Assembly: GCA_964343075.1 (NCBI GenBank)
Contig: CAYFGT010000002.1
Span: 89,964-153,963, forward strand
Length of the DNA stretch: 64,000 nt
Direction of reading: 5' to 3'
DNA from: an uncultured Dehalococcoidia bacterium
GTDB taxonomy: Bacteria > Chloroflexota > Dehalococcoidia > Lucifugimonadales > UBA3495
Shown here: piece by piece, positions 18,953-29,900 of the stretch
How positions within the stretch are numbered: the first letter of the stretch is position 1
Layout of the letters: every line of letters starts with the position of its first letter
Translations under genes and position numbers: made by a program
Notes under the pieces: generated by a model
Seen by the model: the letters and a program-made list of their open reading frames with translations, nothing else
Databases searched by the model: none
What the model was told of the DNA's origin: nothing

Positions 18953-20005
18953 ATGCCAAATTTTGAACCAGAACATTTAGAGAAACTAGCTTTTGCTATC
19001 TACGTCGCAAAGGGTACTCCAGAAGAAGAAGCTAGCGTAGTAGCATCTCACCAAGTGAAAGCGAATTTAGTTGGACATGACTCACATGGAGTAATTCATA
19101 TTCCTGAATATTGCGAACGGATTGACAAAGGGCACATAGTCCCAGGAGCTGCATTTGATATCTTGAGTGAAACCGACTCGACAGCAGTTATTGATGGTAA
19201 TTGGGGCTTTGGATTTGTCGTCACTGAGAAAGCTATGAAAATGGCTATCGAAAAATCTAAATCCACAGGAGTTGCTACTTTGACGGTTAAACGTCAGAGC
19301 CATATAGGTCGGTTAGGAGACTATGCAACTATGGCTCTCAATGCCAACATGATTGGTTTGATAACCGCAGATTCAGGAGCAGGTCCCAAGGCAGTTGCAC
19401 CTTTTGGTGGTAGAGCTAGAAGACTTGGAACTAATCCAATATGTATAGGCGTTCCAAGTGATTTGGATGGACCGGTAGTCCTTGATATGGCTACAAGTGC
19501 AGTTGCGGCAGGTAAAATTAGTCTTGCTAGAAACAGAGGAGAAGAGGTCCCATTAGGATGGATAGTCGATAAAGATGGTAATCCGACTACTGATCCTAAT
19601 GACTACTACGCTGGAGGAGCGATATTGCCGGTGGGGGCTGACCAAGGACATAAAGGGTATGGTCTATCATTTATGGTAGAAATGTTTTCAGGATTGTTTA
19701 CTGGTTTAGGTTTCGGCATAGATCCTCAGGCTAGACACAATGATGGATGTTTTATTAGTGTATACAATGTTGAATACTTTAGACCGTTACAAGAATTTAA
19801 AACAAGCGTTAAAGAATTTGCAGAATTCATTAAAACATCGCCCCCAGCTGCGGGTTTCTCCGAAGTCTTCTACCCAGGAGAAGTTGAACATATAACTGAG
19901 CAAAAAAGACGAGCTGAAGGAATTTACATCGAAGATGAAACTTGGAGGCAAATAACTGAATTAGCTAGTTCTTTGAATGTACCTGACAGTATAATTAATA
20001 ATTAA
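18953..20005 (+). CDS. Ldh_2-family (malate/L-lactate/sulfolactate/ureidoglycolate-type) NAD(P)-dependent dehydrogenase
   Basis: GHDSHG, SHIGRLG.Y, GTNPI, DMATS, GHKGYGLS; GAGGAGG RBS. Confidence 0.9.
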   Translation: MPNFEPEHLEKLAFAIYVAKGTPEEEASVVASHQVKANLVGHDSHGVIHIPEYCERIDKGHIVPGAAFDILSETDSTAVIDGNWGFGFVVTEKAMKMAIEKSKSTGVATLTVKRQSHIGRLGDYATMALNANMIGLITADSGAGPKAVAPFGGRARRLGTNPICIGVPSDLDGPVVLDMATSAVAAGKISLARNRGEEVPLGWIVDKDGNPTTDPNDYYAGGAILPVGADQGHKGYGLSFMVEMFSGLFTGLGFGIDPQARHNDGCFISVYNVEYFRPLQEFKTSVKEFAEFIKTSPPAAGFSEVFYPGEVEHITEQKRRAEGIYIEDETWRQITELASSLNVPDSIINN

Positions 20006-20018
20006 GGTTATTAATTTA

Positions 20019-20108
20019 GGAGAGATGGCTGAGCGGTTGAAGGCGCTGGTCTCGAAAACCGGTATATCCTTTCGGGTATCGTGGGTTCGAATCCCACTCT
20101 CTCCGCCA
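20019..20108 (+). tRNA. tRNA-Ser(CGA) with long variable arm, CCA encoded
   Basis: GGAGAGATGGCTGAGCGGTTGAAGGCGCTGGTCTCGAAAACCGGT...GTGGGTTCGAATCCCACTCTCTCCGCCA. Confidence 0.95.
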
Positions 20109-20123
20109 TCAATAGAGGTGTAA

Positions 20124-21539
20124 ATGACGAGACGTGTCATTCACTGGTTTCGGCAAGATCTAAGGTTATCAGATAATCCTGCACTGTTTAATGCTTGTAA
20201 AGCCGGTAAAGTGCTACCTGTATTTATCTACGATGCTGTTTCTCTTCCAGAGCTTGGACATAGATCAAAATGGTGGTTATATCATTCCCTTCAATCATTG
20301 AATCATTCTTTGGATGGAAGATTGAAGATTTTCGAAGGTGATACGCAAGACATCTTCCTAGACATTATTAAAAAATACAATCCGAATCAGGTTTTTTGGA
20401 ACAAAGTGTATTCCCCAGATAATTTGGCTTTGGACTCCAAATTGCTGCGTATATTGAAAGCTTCGAACATTCAACATGAAATTTATAATGGTACATTGTT
20501 ATGGGACCCTGAAAAAATCCTTAATCAGGACCACTCGCCTTATAAGGTGTTCACTCCTTTTTATAAGAAAGCTTGTAGTTATCCCGATAGTCCGGAACTG
20601 CCTGTAGGAATGCCTGATATTCATGTAATAGATGATGTCTTTGACGGGATTGATGTTGATGATTTAGATCTTTTGTCACAAGAACAGATTAGTGACAGAC
20701 TACATGCTAGTTGGTTAATAGGTGAGGCTCATGCTAGGAGACAGTTGAATAATTTTGTATCTAATAGCCTTCCTAATTATAAACATGGAAGAGATTTTCC
20801 TTCTTTACCTAACGTATCTAGATTGTCACCGTACCTGCATTTTGGAGAAATCTCTCCTAATTATGTGTGGCATGAAGTGTTGAATGTAAATAGATTCACT
20901 GATTTTAATGCTGAAAAATTTCTTACAGAATTAAGTTGGCGTGAATTTGCACATTATCTGTTATATCACTTCCCTGATCTACCTTCTAAAAACTTGCAAC
21001 ATAAATTCGATAAATTTCCTTGGTCAAACAACTATAAATACTTAGAACTATGGAAACAAGGTATGACGGGGTATCCCATAATTGATGCCGGGATGAGAGA
21101 ATTGATTCAAACAGGGTACATGCATAATCGACTGCGTATGATAGTTGGTTCGTTTCTAGTAAAGAATTTATTGCAACACTGGCATTTAGGTAGGGATTGG
21201 TTCTGGAACCTTTTGGTGGATGCTGACATAGCTAATAATAGCGCAGGCTGGCAATGGGTAGCAGGATGTGGTTCGGATGCAGCTCCATATTTTAGAGTTT
21301 TTAATCCCGTGTTGCAGGGAAAAAAATTTGATCCAAATGGTGAATATATTAGGAGATATATTCCGGAATTGAGGGAAGTACCATCTGAGTACATATTTAC
21401 GCCATGGGAAGCACCAAATTCAGTATTAGGTCACTCCGGAGTCGTTTTGGGTAAGGACTACCCATTTCCTATAGTGGATTTAAAAGAATCTAGAGTCCAG
21501 GCGTTAGAAGCATTTGACAACCTAAAGATTGATAAATAG
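20124..21539 (+). CDS. phrB: Deoxyribodipyrimidine (CPD) photolyase
   Basis: WFRQDLRLSDNPAL, SRLSPYLHFGEIS, WREF, MHNRLRM, DADIANN..GWQWVAGCGSDAAPYFRVFNP. Confidence 0.95.
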   Translation: MTRRVIHWFRQDLRLSDNPALFNACKAGKVLPVFIYDAVSLPELGHRSKWWLYHSLQSLNHSLDGRLKIFEGDTQDIFLDIIKKYNPNQVFWNKVYSPDNLALDSKLLRILKASNIQHEIYNGTLLWDPEKILNQDHSPYKVFTPFYKKACSYPDSPELPVGMPDIHVIDDVFDGIDVDDLDLLSQEQISDRLHASWLIGEAHARRQLNNFVSNSLPNYKHGRDFPSLPNVSRLSPYLHFGEISPNYVWHEVLNVNRFTDFNAEKFLTELSWREFAHYLLYHFPDLPSKNLQHKFDKFPWSNNYKYLELWKQGMTGYPIIDAGMRELIQTGYMHNRLRMIVGSFLVKNLLQHWHLGRDWFWNLLVDADIANNSAGWQWVAGCGSDAAPYFRVFNPVLQGKKFDPNGEYIRRYIPELREVPSEYIFTPWEAPNSVLGHSGVVLGKDYPFPIVDLKESRVQALEAFDNLKIDK

Positions 21540-21589
21540 TCAACATAATATATACTCATACATTACAAATAATAATTGGTAGGTAACGA

Positions 21590-22627
21590 ATGAAATTTTC
21601 TAACTTTTTGTTCCCTGAAAGTAAAGTGCCAGATCTGGACTACGATGTAATAACAGAGTCTTTACAAGAAGCTCAACTGTGTGATCGATTGGGCTTTGAT
21701 ACTGTGTGGTTGGCAGAACATCATTTTGATGGTGGTTGCGCTTACGTAGACCCTATGACATTTGCTTCTGCTATTGCTAGTTCCACACAACGTATCAGGG
21801 TTGGCTTCGCTGTTGCTCAAATGGCTTTGCATCATCCCATACGTTTTGCAGAGCAAGTGTCTTTGATCGACAATTTAAGCGGAGGACGTATAACAGTCGG
21901 TGTTGGAAGAGGTACAGCCTATAATTATTATGAATTTAGAGGATTTGGAGTAGACCCAACGGAATCCGCAGAAAGATTGTTAGAAATCGAAGAAATATTG
22001 TCAAAGGTATGGACCACTGATAATTATAAACATTCAGGGCAGTTTTGGGACATAGATTTGCCGGCCTTGCGTCCAGCAGTAGTGCAAAAACCACATCCTC
22101 CAGTGATAAGAGCTTGCTCGGGAGAAGAATCTATAAAAGAAATGGCAAGTACTAATCGTCCGTTCTTGATGAATGTGCAGACAAATGAAGTGACGGCTGG
22201 TCGGGTTAATATTTATAGGGAAACGATGAAGGCAAGTAATTACGATGAAAGTCAAATTGAAAAAAATCTACAAAACTCTTGGGTTTGGAGAAACATAGTA
22301 ATCGCTGATACTGATAAAGAAGCAGAAGAGATTGGTGTCGACAATTTTGTAAATATGCGAAAATTTCTTACTGAAAATAGAACCAAATACAATACACAAG
22401 AAGAATTGAGTTCTCAGGCTGCAGTAACAACAAAGAGAGCTTTAGATACGGTCGAACATGGTTTAATAGTGGGATCTCCAGATACGGTGTCAGAAAAGCT
22501 TGAAGCGATTAATGCTACGGGGATCGGTGGCATGATTATTCATTTTAGATTGGGTGCTATGTCTTGGGCTGAAACTCAGCATAGCTTGAATCTGTTTGCC
22601 GAAAAAGTAATGCCCAATTTTCAATAA
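21590..22627 (+). CDS. Luciferase-like (LLM) flavin-dependent monooxygenase
   Basis: GFDTVWLAEHHF, HPIRFAEQ..LIDNLSGGR...GVGRG, LIVGSPDTV. Confidence 0.9.
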   Translation: MKFSNFLFPESKVPDLDYDVITESLQEAQLCDRLGFDTVWLAEHHFDGGCAYVDPMTFASAIASSTQRIRVGFAVAQMALHHPIRFAEQVSLIDNLSGGRITVGVGRGTAYNYYEFRGFGVDPTESAERLLEIEEILSKVWTTDNYKHSGQFWDIDLPALRPAVVQKPHPPVIRACSGEESIKEMASTNRPFLMNVQTNEVTAGRVNIYRETMKASNYDESQIEKNLQNSWVWRNIVIADTDKEAEEIGVDNFVNMRKFLTENRTKYNTQEELSSQAAVTTKRALDTVEHGLIVGSPDTVSEKLEAINATGIGGMIIHFRLGAMSWAETQHSLNLFAEKVMPNFQ

Positions 22628-22641
22628 TTGCGCCATACACC

Positions 22642-23916
22642 TTAGGTTTTGGAGTCTGGTTTCACCTTAAGCATTATAAAAAAACCGATAACAAAAAGCA
22701 CTAGCACGGAAGCCATTCCTGCTTTTGGCGACGTTAATGCGAAGGTTACTGTCCCAAATAGGGTGGGTCCTATGAAAGCACTAACTTTCCCAGAGAATGA
22801 ATAAAAGCCAAAAAATTCATATTTCTTATTTTCTGGTATCGCTTTAGCAAAATAAACTCTACTCGCTGATTGGATTGGACCAAAGAATAAACTTAAACAC
22901 ATAGCGAGTAGTATGAATATGATAGGCTCCGTTATTATTAATATAATGATACTTATCAAGGTGATAGCAACTAAGGAAATTACTATCATGTTCCAAGATC
23001 CTAAACGATGTTCTACAAAACATAGAATGCCTGAACCTAATCCAGCTGCAATGTTAGTTCCAAGAGCTAATAGGATTATCTGATTTGTGTCCATTTGAAA
23101 GACTAGTGTTGCATAGATAGCTGCTACTGCAAATATTGCATTAATTCCATCGGTATAAAACAAGCGGGCTAATAAGAAAATTACTAAGTTCTTATATTTA
23201 TTGATTTCTTTAAAAGTTTCCACGAGATTTATAAAGGCTTTGTTAAAAGTGATATTTTTAGTTGTTGGAAGGGCTTTTGGCATGCATAGGAATAAAGGGG
23301 CAGAAAAAATTAGAATCCAGAATCCAGTTAATAAAAAACTGATTCTTATATGTTCAAATGTATTCGTATTTAAATTGATAAAAGGTTCTTCTGGTACAAA
23401 AAATAAAGCATAGTAAATCCCAAATATTATGACAGTGCCGGCGTAACCTAGAGCCCATGCTAAACCCGACAGTTTGGCGTAATAAGCTGGTTTTGTGATT
23501 GCTTTTAGTTGCCCGTTGTAAATAATTTGAGATATTTCATAGGCCACATTACCTACGAATATGATGCTTGCTAGCACAATTAGTGTAAGATTGTTTGGAA
23601 TAGCAAACCATAGCCCTATAGCAATTAAGGCGTATAGACTAGTCGTCACTATTAACCAAGTTTTAGCATTATTCGAAGAATCTGAGATACTACCGACTAC
23701 CGGACTCAGTAATGCAGCAAGGAAGCTGGATAAGCCTATAGTCCAAGTCCATATAAATGTGCCCACGTTTGGATCAGGTGCAAGGATATCAACAAAGTAA
23801 CGTGAAAATATGAATGTGATTATAATGGCTGACCATGCGGAATTAGCCCAGTCGTAAAGCGCCCAGGTAAATCGGATCAGCTTTGACCTCGTATTGTCTT
23901 TGAGGGTGTTAGTCAT
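22642..23916 (-). CDS. MFS transporter, UMF1/Atg22-like
   Basis: WALYDWANSA, SGLAWALGYAG, ARLFYTDG, EFFGFYSFSGK. Confidence 0.85.
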   Translation of the reverse strand: MTNTLKDNTRSKLIRFTWALYDWANSAWSAIIITFIFSRYFVDILAPDPNVGTFIWTWTIGLSSFLAALLSPVVGSISDSSNNAKTWLIVTTSLYALIAIGLWFAIPNNLTLIVLASIIFVGNVAYEISQIIYNGQLKAITKPAYYAKLSGLAWALGYAGTVIIFGIYYALFFVPEEPFINLNTNTFEHIRISFLLTGFWILIFSAPLFLCMPKALPTTKNITFNKAFINLVETFKEINKYKNLVIFLLARLFYTDGINAIFAVAAIYATLVFQMDTNQIILLALGTNIAAGLGSGILCFVEHRLGSWNMIVISLVAITLISIIILIITEPIIFILLAMCLSLFFGPIQSASRVYFAKAIPENKKYEFFGFYSFSGKVSAFIGPTLFGTVTFALTSPKAGMASVLVLFVIGFFIMLKVKPDSKT

Positions 23917-23998
23917 TTGAAATCAATTTCATAATGAAAATTTAACTTGCGTAAGCTTAGATTAAGTACAGGTGACAAGGCAACAGCTGTAATCAAAT

Positions 23999-25303
23999 CT
24001 AAGACACTAAAATTTGTTGAGCAACCGTTTTACCCATACGAACACTGTAGTTGGTGCCTCTGTCTTCTGGATAAATTTGAGAAGTATTGGCTACAAAAAG
24101 GTTACTTATCGGAGAAGTGTGAGAAGGGATGCTTTGAGAATAATTTACGTCCATAACCGGTTGCGCTTTACTTATTTTGAAATGAAATGATTCTTCTATC
24201 CAGGATGAATCGAAAACTGGATTAATACGTTTTACAAAAGGAAGATAAGTTTCCAGAAGTTGGGATTCTCTCATGTTGAATATGGGATGATCTGTTGAAA
24301 CATAGTTGGTTATGTATGCTATATGTTTCCCATTGTATTCGTTTGGTGATAGTAGATTGGTATGCTCGATAATACCTAAAAAAGGGAATTGACTATCCGC
24401 TATATTTAGCCAATACACGCTAGAAATCGGTTTAGATAGGACTAATATCTCTACTACTGCGGATAAATATGAAACCTTGCTCAGTTTGTCTTTATAGGAA
24501 GGGAACTCTTGTAACTGAGGTGTTAGGGCTAATAAGACATCATTGCTTACGGTGCTTAGAACTTTATCGAATACTTCGCCTCCAGTATTTAAATTTAATG
24601 TGATGCGACCGTTTTCTTCTGTGATATTGTTTACTGGAGTGCCAAGGTTGATTTGCACATGTTGCTCAGCCAAGCGTTCTAGGATTTTGGACAGGATTGT
24701 CTCAAAACTTCCTTTAGGATAGCCTAATAATTCTCCAGCAGTTCCAGACTTTCTAGATTTGACTCTTGTGTTAAGTTTCCCCCAAATCCAAGCCATAGGT
24801 ACTTTATCGTAAAGTTCAGGACCAAATTTACCGAGTAATAGAGGTTCCCATAACATTTCATAAGCTTGTTTACCTAACTTGGATCTCAGCCATGATGTGG
24901 CAGTTATATGATCGTATTTCATCCAGTTTGTTTGTAATTGAAGATATTTAAGGACTACCCCAAGTCTAAATCTATTAATCATTTTCAATGGAGAAAGTTT
25001 TAGTAGGTCTATTGGTGAATTCAGATCGTATATCGCTCCATCGGCATAGATACCTACTGATGATGGGAGCCATTCAAGCACATCAGGTATTCCTAATTCT
25101 GAAACCAGACTTTGGATGTCTGTATCACTTGTAAATAGGTGATGGTATCCGCGCTCCAACAAATTCCCCTGTATAGAGAATGTTGATGCATGACCTCCTG
25201 CAAAAGGAGCATGTTCATATATAACAACTTCATGGCCTGCGTTGCTCAAATGATAAGCAGCTGTTAGGCCGGTCATTCCGGCTCCGATTATTCCTATACG
25301 CAT
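23999..25303 (-). CDS. FAD-dependent oxidoreductase (amine oxidase/protoporphyrinogen oxidase-like)
   Basis: IGIIGAGMTGLTAAY, GGHASTF, ERGYHHLF, YPEDRGTN. Confidence 0.85.
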   Translation of the reverse strand: MRIGIIGAGMTGLTAAYHLSNAGHEVVIYEHAPFAGGHASTFSIQGNLLERGYHHLFTSDTDIQSLVSELGIPDVLEWLPSSVGIYADGAIYDLNSPIDLLKLSPLKMINRFRLGVVLKYLQLQTNWMKYDHITATSWLRSKLGKQAYEMLWEPLLLGKFGPELYDKVPMAWIWGKLNTRVKSRKSGTAGELLGYPKGSFETILSKILERLAEQHVQINLGTPVNNITEENGRITLNLNTGGEVFDKVLSTVSNDVLLALTPQLQEFPSYKDKLSKVSYLSAVVEILVLSKPISSVYWLNIADSQFPFLGIIEHTNLLSPNEYNGKHIAYITNYVSTDHPIFNMRESQLLETYLPFVKRINPVFDSSWIEESFHFKISKAQPVMDVNYSQSIPSHTSPISNLFVANTSQIYPEDRGTNYSVRMGKTVAQQILVS

Positions 25304-25330
25304 TGGTTAACTATACATGTTTTTAGTCAA

Positions 25331-26929
25331 TTAAGGCGTGTTTTTTACTACTACAAAAGCATGATAGTTTTCGAGATCTTCAACAATGTTTGTATTTAAA
25401 GCAATTTTCACGATAACAGGGAAAGTGATTATACCTCGTTTGGTTATAGGATCTTGTTTTATATTTTGAATCGTCCCTTCGAAAGGTTTTGGGCTCAATT
25501 TGGGTATATGCACTTCTACTGACTGATCGATTCTAATGTCGTCTAGATAATCTCCTTCTAATGATCCATTAAATATCAATGATTGTGGCTCAACTAACTT
25601 CATAACAATTGAGTTTTCATTGATGAGATCATCTACATCTGCGTTGATGGAGTAAACAGTAGAGTCTGATGGGGATTTGAGCGTGCTGTTTATCTTGTCT
25701 TGATTAGCATCCTCTAATTTTTGTTGAGCTAGTTTAACTGAAGCGGCATTCAATTCATATTCGCTGTTGTAGGGGTCATTTAGGAGTTCTTCTAGTTCAG
25801 CAGTAAGTTTGTCAACAGTAGTCTGGGATTCTGCCAATGCTATGTCACTAGGTTGATCGCCTAAGGCGTTAATATCACGAATGTATTTTTCAACTTGTTC
25901 TGAGGCGACTCTCACTGCGACCAAGAGTTCTTGATAGGTCAAGGTTTCTGATCCATCAGTGATATTTTTAAGATCTTGGTTAGCGGTTATCAAGTCATTA
26001 TTAGCGGTTTCCAGGTCTAATTCGGCTAGCTCAAGTTTGTTAGCGAGGTCGATTTTATCAAGGTCTTCGTCATCGTCCATAAGATTAGCTAGATCAGCAT
26101 TTGCTTTGTCCAATGCTTTTTGCGCCACATCAATGTCTGCCTGGTATCGATCCACTTTATCGAAATCAAACGATCCTTTCCGAAAAGGCGCTTGCGTTTG
26201 AAGCCATCCAATCTTGAGGGTCTGCATGGCGTCTTCTGCCTCTTGAAGTGTTAGTACCGCTGCTTCTTGCGTCTTTTCTGCAAGGGCTATTTTCTGTGAT
26301 TTGACTATATCACTAGCATTTAGGTTATCTTGAGCGATTTCGATTTTCAATTTCGCTGCTGAAACAGACTGTTCCGCTTTCTTAACAGCTTGCTCTGACT
26401 TGGTGATTTTTGAAGATTGGGAATGTTCGAAATTGGATAAGTCCTTTTTCGCTGAATCGAGTGTTGAGTTAGCTGTTGCAAGGAGTTTCTCTTTGTCTGC
26501 AAGTTTTTTTGCGTGGTCATCGATTAGCTGATCGTAATTTGTGATTGCCGTATCCAGAGCAAGTTTTTTTGCTGCGATTTTATTTTGCTGTGTGGCTTCG
26601 TATAAGTTTAATTTTTCTATCGCGGCGTCCAAATTGACTCTAGCTTGTTTTTCAGCTTGTTCTAAGGTCATTTGTGTAGTCGGATCAAGCTTCATAAGTT
26701 CTTGACCTATGGATACATTATCACCAACTGACACGTTGATTTGTCCTATTTCTCCGGTAGTATCAAATGAAAGGACGTGCCTATTAGAGAAATATAAGCT
26801 ACCTTGTATTTTTATTTCAGGAACAGCGTTGTCTAACTCATCAACAGGCTCGGCTACATTCGGGTCTTGGGAACACCCATAAGCAAAAGCTAGGATTACA
26901 AACAAGGCTGAGTAGGTAAGATACTTCAT
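25331..26929 (-). CDS. RND membrane-fusion/adaptor lipoprotein with very long coiled coil
   Basis: Lipobox FAYGC; lipoyl halves LSFDTTGEIGQINVSVGD and LKSPSDSTV flank about 330 aa of heptad-rich helix; ATG 26929 preferred over track start 27019. Confidence 0.8.
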   Translation of the reverse strand: MKYLTYSALFVILAFAYGCSQDPNVAEPVDELDNAVPEIKIQGSLYFSNRHVLSFDTTGEIGQINVSVGDNVSIGQELMKLDPTTQMTLEQAEKQARVNLDAAIEKLNLYEATQQNKIAAKKLALDTAITNYDQLIDDHAKKLADKEKLLATANSTLDSAKKDLSNFEHSQSSKITKSEQAVKKAEQSVSAAKLKIEIAQDNLNASDIVKSQKIALAEKTQEAAVLTLQEAEDAMQTLKIGWLQTQAPFRKGSFDFDKVDRYQADIDVAQKALDKANADLANLMDDDEDLDKIDLANKLELAELDLETANNDLITANQDLKNITDGSETLTYQELLVAVRVASEQVEKYIRDINALGDQPSDIALAESQTTVDKLTAELEELLNDPYNSEYELNAASVKLAQQKLEDANQDKINSTLKSPSDSTVYSINADVDDLINENSIVMKLVEPQSLIFNGSLEGDYLDDIRIDQSVEVHIPKLSPKPFEGTIQNIKQDPITKRGIITFPVIVKIALNTNIVEDLENYHAFVVVKNTP

Positions 26930-26990
26930 AGGTGACTTATTTCTATGTGTGTTTTCTATTCTTGATTTCATTTCTGATTTTATAGCTCCT

Positions 26991-29900
26991 TTATCTTGAG
27001 AAAACCTTGGTTGTAACATTTTTTAATCTTGTTAACATTCCTGATCCGCTATTTTGGAATAGTAAGTAGATTGCTGGTATGACTAGCAGCGTTAGGAATG
27101 TGTTACTTACTAGTCCTCCGATTACTACTGTGGCCAATTCAGCTCCAATTATGCCTCCATCTCCGGCTGAGGAATTTAGTGCTAGTGGGAGTAATGCGAA
27201 AGTCGTAGTAAAGGCGGTCATTAAAATCGGTCTAAGTCTGATTCTTCCGGCTTCAAGGATTGCATCGTAAGCATTTAATCCTTGATCCTTGAGTTGTTCT
27301 ACAAAAGTTAGAAGTACTAGTGCATTGGTTACTACTACACCAATCAACAATAGAAAACCCATTAATGCAGATAGGCTCAAACTACGATCAGTAATTGTTA
27401 AGGCTACAAGTGCACCTACAATGGCTAGAGGTAGGCTTAGAATTATTATAAAAGGATTTCTAAGGGATCCCAAACAAATTACCATGACCAGATATACTAA
27501 GATTACTCCTACAAACATTGCGAAGTATAAGTCTTGGAAGCCTTCACTGATCTGCTCAAATATTCCTCCTGTTTTAACGGTTACACTGGGAGGGAGCTCT
27601 GCAGATTCTATAATAGAGTCTACTTGCCGACCAATGCCTTGTGTATCTTTTGCTGTTATGTTGCCGCTAATACTTATAGAGCGTTCATTATCGTATCTAG
27701 TGATCGATGTAGGACCGTCCTCAATGATTATATCTGCCAAACTGCCTAATTTTGTTTGACCAACTGGGGTTTCAATGTTCAATTCTTTGATAGTGTTTAT
27801 GTTGTTGGTATCTTGTATATCCGAGATTATCAATACATCTAACGTCGTATCATTGATATCAATTTCGGAGATTTTCCGCCCTACTAGCATTTGATTAGTT
27901 TGTGATGCTATAGAACTTACGGATGTTTGCTGAATGGTTATTTCTTCTAGGTTTGGTTTAATTACTATTTGTGGTTTAGAATCTTTGACATCGCTTGTTA
28001 CATTCCTCACTCCTTCTATGTTTCCTATGCTTGCGACTAGTGTATTAGCTGCTTGGTTGATTTCTGTAAAATTGGTCCCAGTCAATGTAACTTGTAAGTC
28101 TTCCGCTGGAGGGCCACTCCCAATACCTTCTATATTTATTTCTGTTGAGTCGTTTAATTTAAGATTAGCATTTAAAAAGTCTACTGTTTCTGATTGGCGA
28201 GTTTTGTCAACTGTTAGGAAAAATCCGGCCAAATTATAGCCAGCGCTCGCAGCGTCTATTCCTTGCAAATTAGATGAGGCTCCTATTGTTACTTGATATG
28301 TTTTCACAATTCCTTCTTGTTCTAATTGTGAAAGTATAGCTTCAGTCTTAAGTACTTCTTGGAAAGTTTGCCCGATTGAGCTACTTGTAGGAAGTTCTAG
28401 ATCAAGAGTGATGTATTCTGATTCTGTGGGAGGGAATAATGTGGCGGGTATGAATCTCAGTAATCCTAGACTTGATAATGAAATGATGATAGCAGATGCT
28501 ATTACTATAAATTTGTGGTTTATCGCCCAACGTAAAATGGGTAGATAAACCGCTTGAGCGTAGGTGGAGCTATTGGGTGAAAGGTCTCCAGAAGCTCTAA
28601 TCTTGTCTGGGTTAAGTACGAAAATGCTTAATACTGGAACGACTGTTAAGGCAACTGCTGTTGACGCTAATAATGCAAAGCTTACTGATATTGCGAATGG
28701 AGTGAAAAATTGTCCGACCAAACCTTCGATGAATGTGAGAGGCACGAACACTGCCACGGTAGTCAACGTAGAAGATACGATTGCGGCTCCCACTTCTTTA
28801 GTGGCTTCCATTGCCGCTTCGTATTTTGATTCTCCCATTTGAATGTGTCGGTATATGTTTTCTAGCACTACTATACTGTCGTCAACAACTCGCCCTACGG
28901 CAATCGCGAGTCCAGCCAAACTCATGAAATTTAGGGATATTCCATATAAATTGACGAATATTACTCCTGTTAACACGCTCAACGGGATGGAGCAAGCGAT
29001 TATGAAGGTTGGTCTTATCGCTATTTGAGAACCTTTTAATAGACTGGGACGGAAGTTTAGTAGAAATACGAAAACTACAGAGATGGCGAACAAAAATCCA
29101 ATGGAACCTTCCCCAAATAACTGTGCCAGTGACTTTTCTACTTCGGGACCATCGTTCTGGAGTACCAAAATACTGATATCTTTAGGCAGATTTGGTATAG
29201 CTTGAGTAATTTCCGAAATACCATCTGTTACATCGACGGTGTTTGCGTCAGGCTTTTTAAGTATAAACAGAGTTAAACTTGGTTTTCCATTAGTTCTGGA
29301 TATAGTTGTCGCGTCGTCTGTGTCGATTAGTACATCTGCTACATCTTTGAGATAAACGGGTCGGTCTGTGTATAAACGCCTAGTTTGAGTCGATGGATCC
29401 AAATGTTTTTCATGCCCAATGATTAAGTCTCTCAATTGCTGCAAAGAAGTTAGTTTGTTTGAAGTTTTGATCGGGTATTGCAATCCTTGATCCGTTAAAC
29501 TACCCGCAGACGTGTCCACATTACTGTTTTGGACGGCGAAAGTTATGTCCGATCGAGTTAGCCCTGTATCTTCAAGTTTTTGGTCATCAATTCTTATTTC
29601 TAACCTTTCATCAGTCTGACCAGATACATCTACCCTAAACACACCTTTAACAGATTCTATTTCAGGGATGATAATTTCATCTACTATATTTTGTAATGAA
29701 GGTATGTCTCTATTGCCTGAAATTGTGAGTCGCATGACAGGAAACTGGTTGTTGTTGATCCGGTTCACTTGTGGTGTAGTACTGAATTCAGGAAGCTTCA
29801 CACTAGAAATGCTGCTTTCTATGGTCCTTTCGGCTTCTTTCATGTCTTCGCCGAATTCGAAAGTCGCTAAAATTACAGAATTTGACTCAGATGAGGTTGA

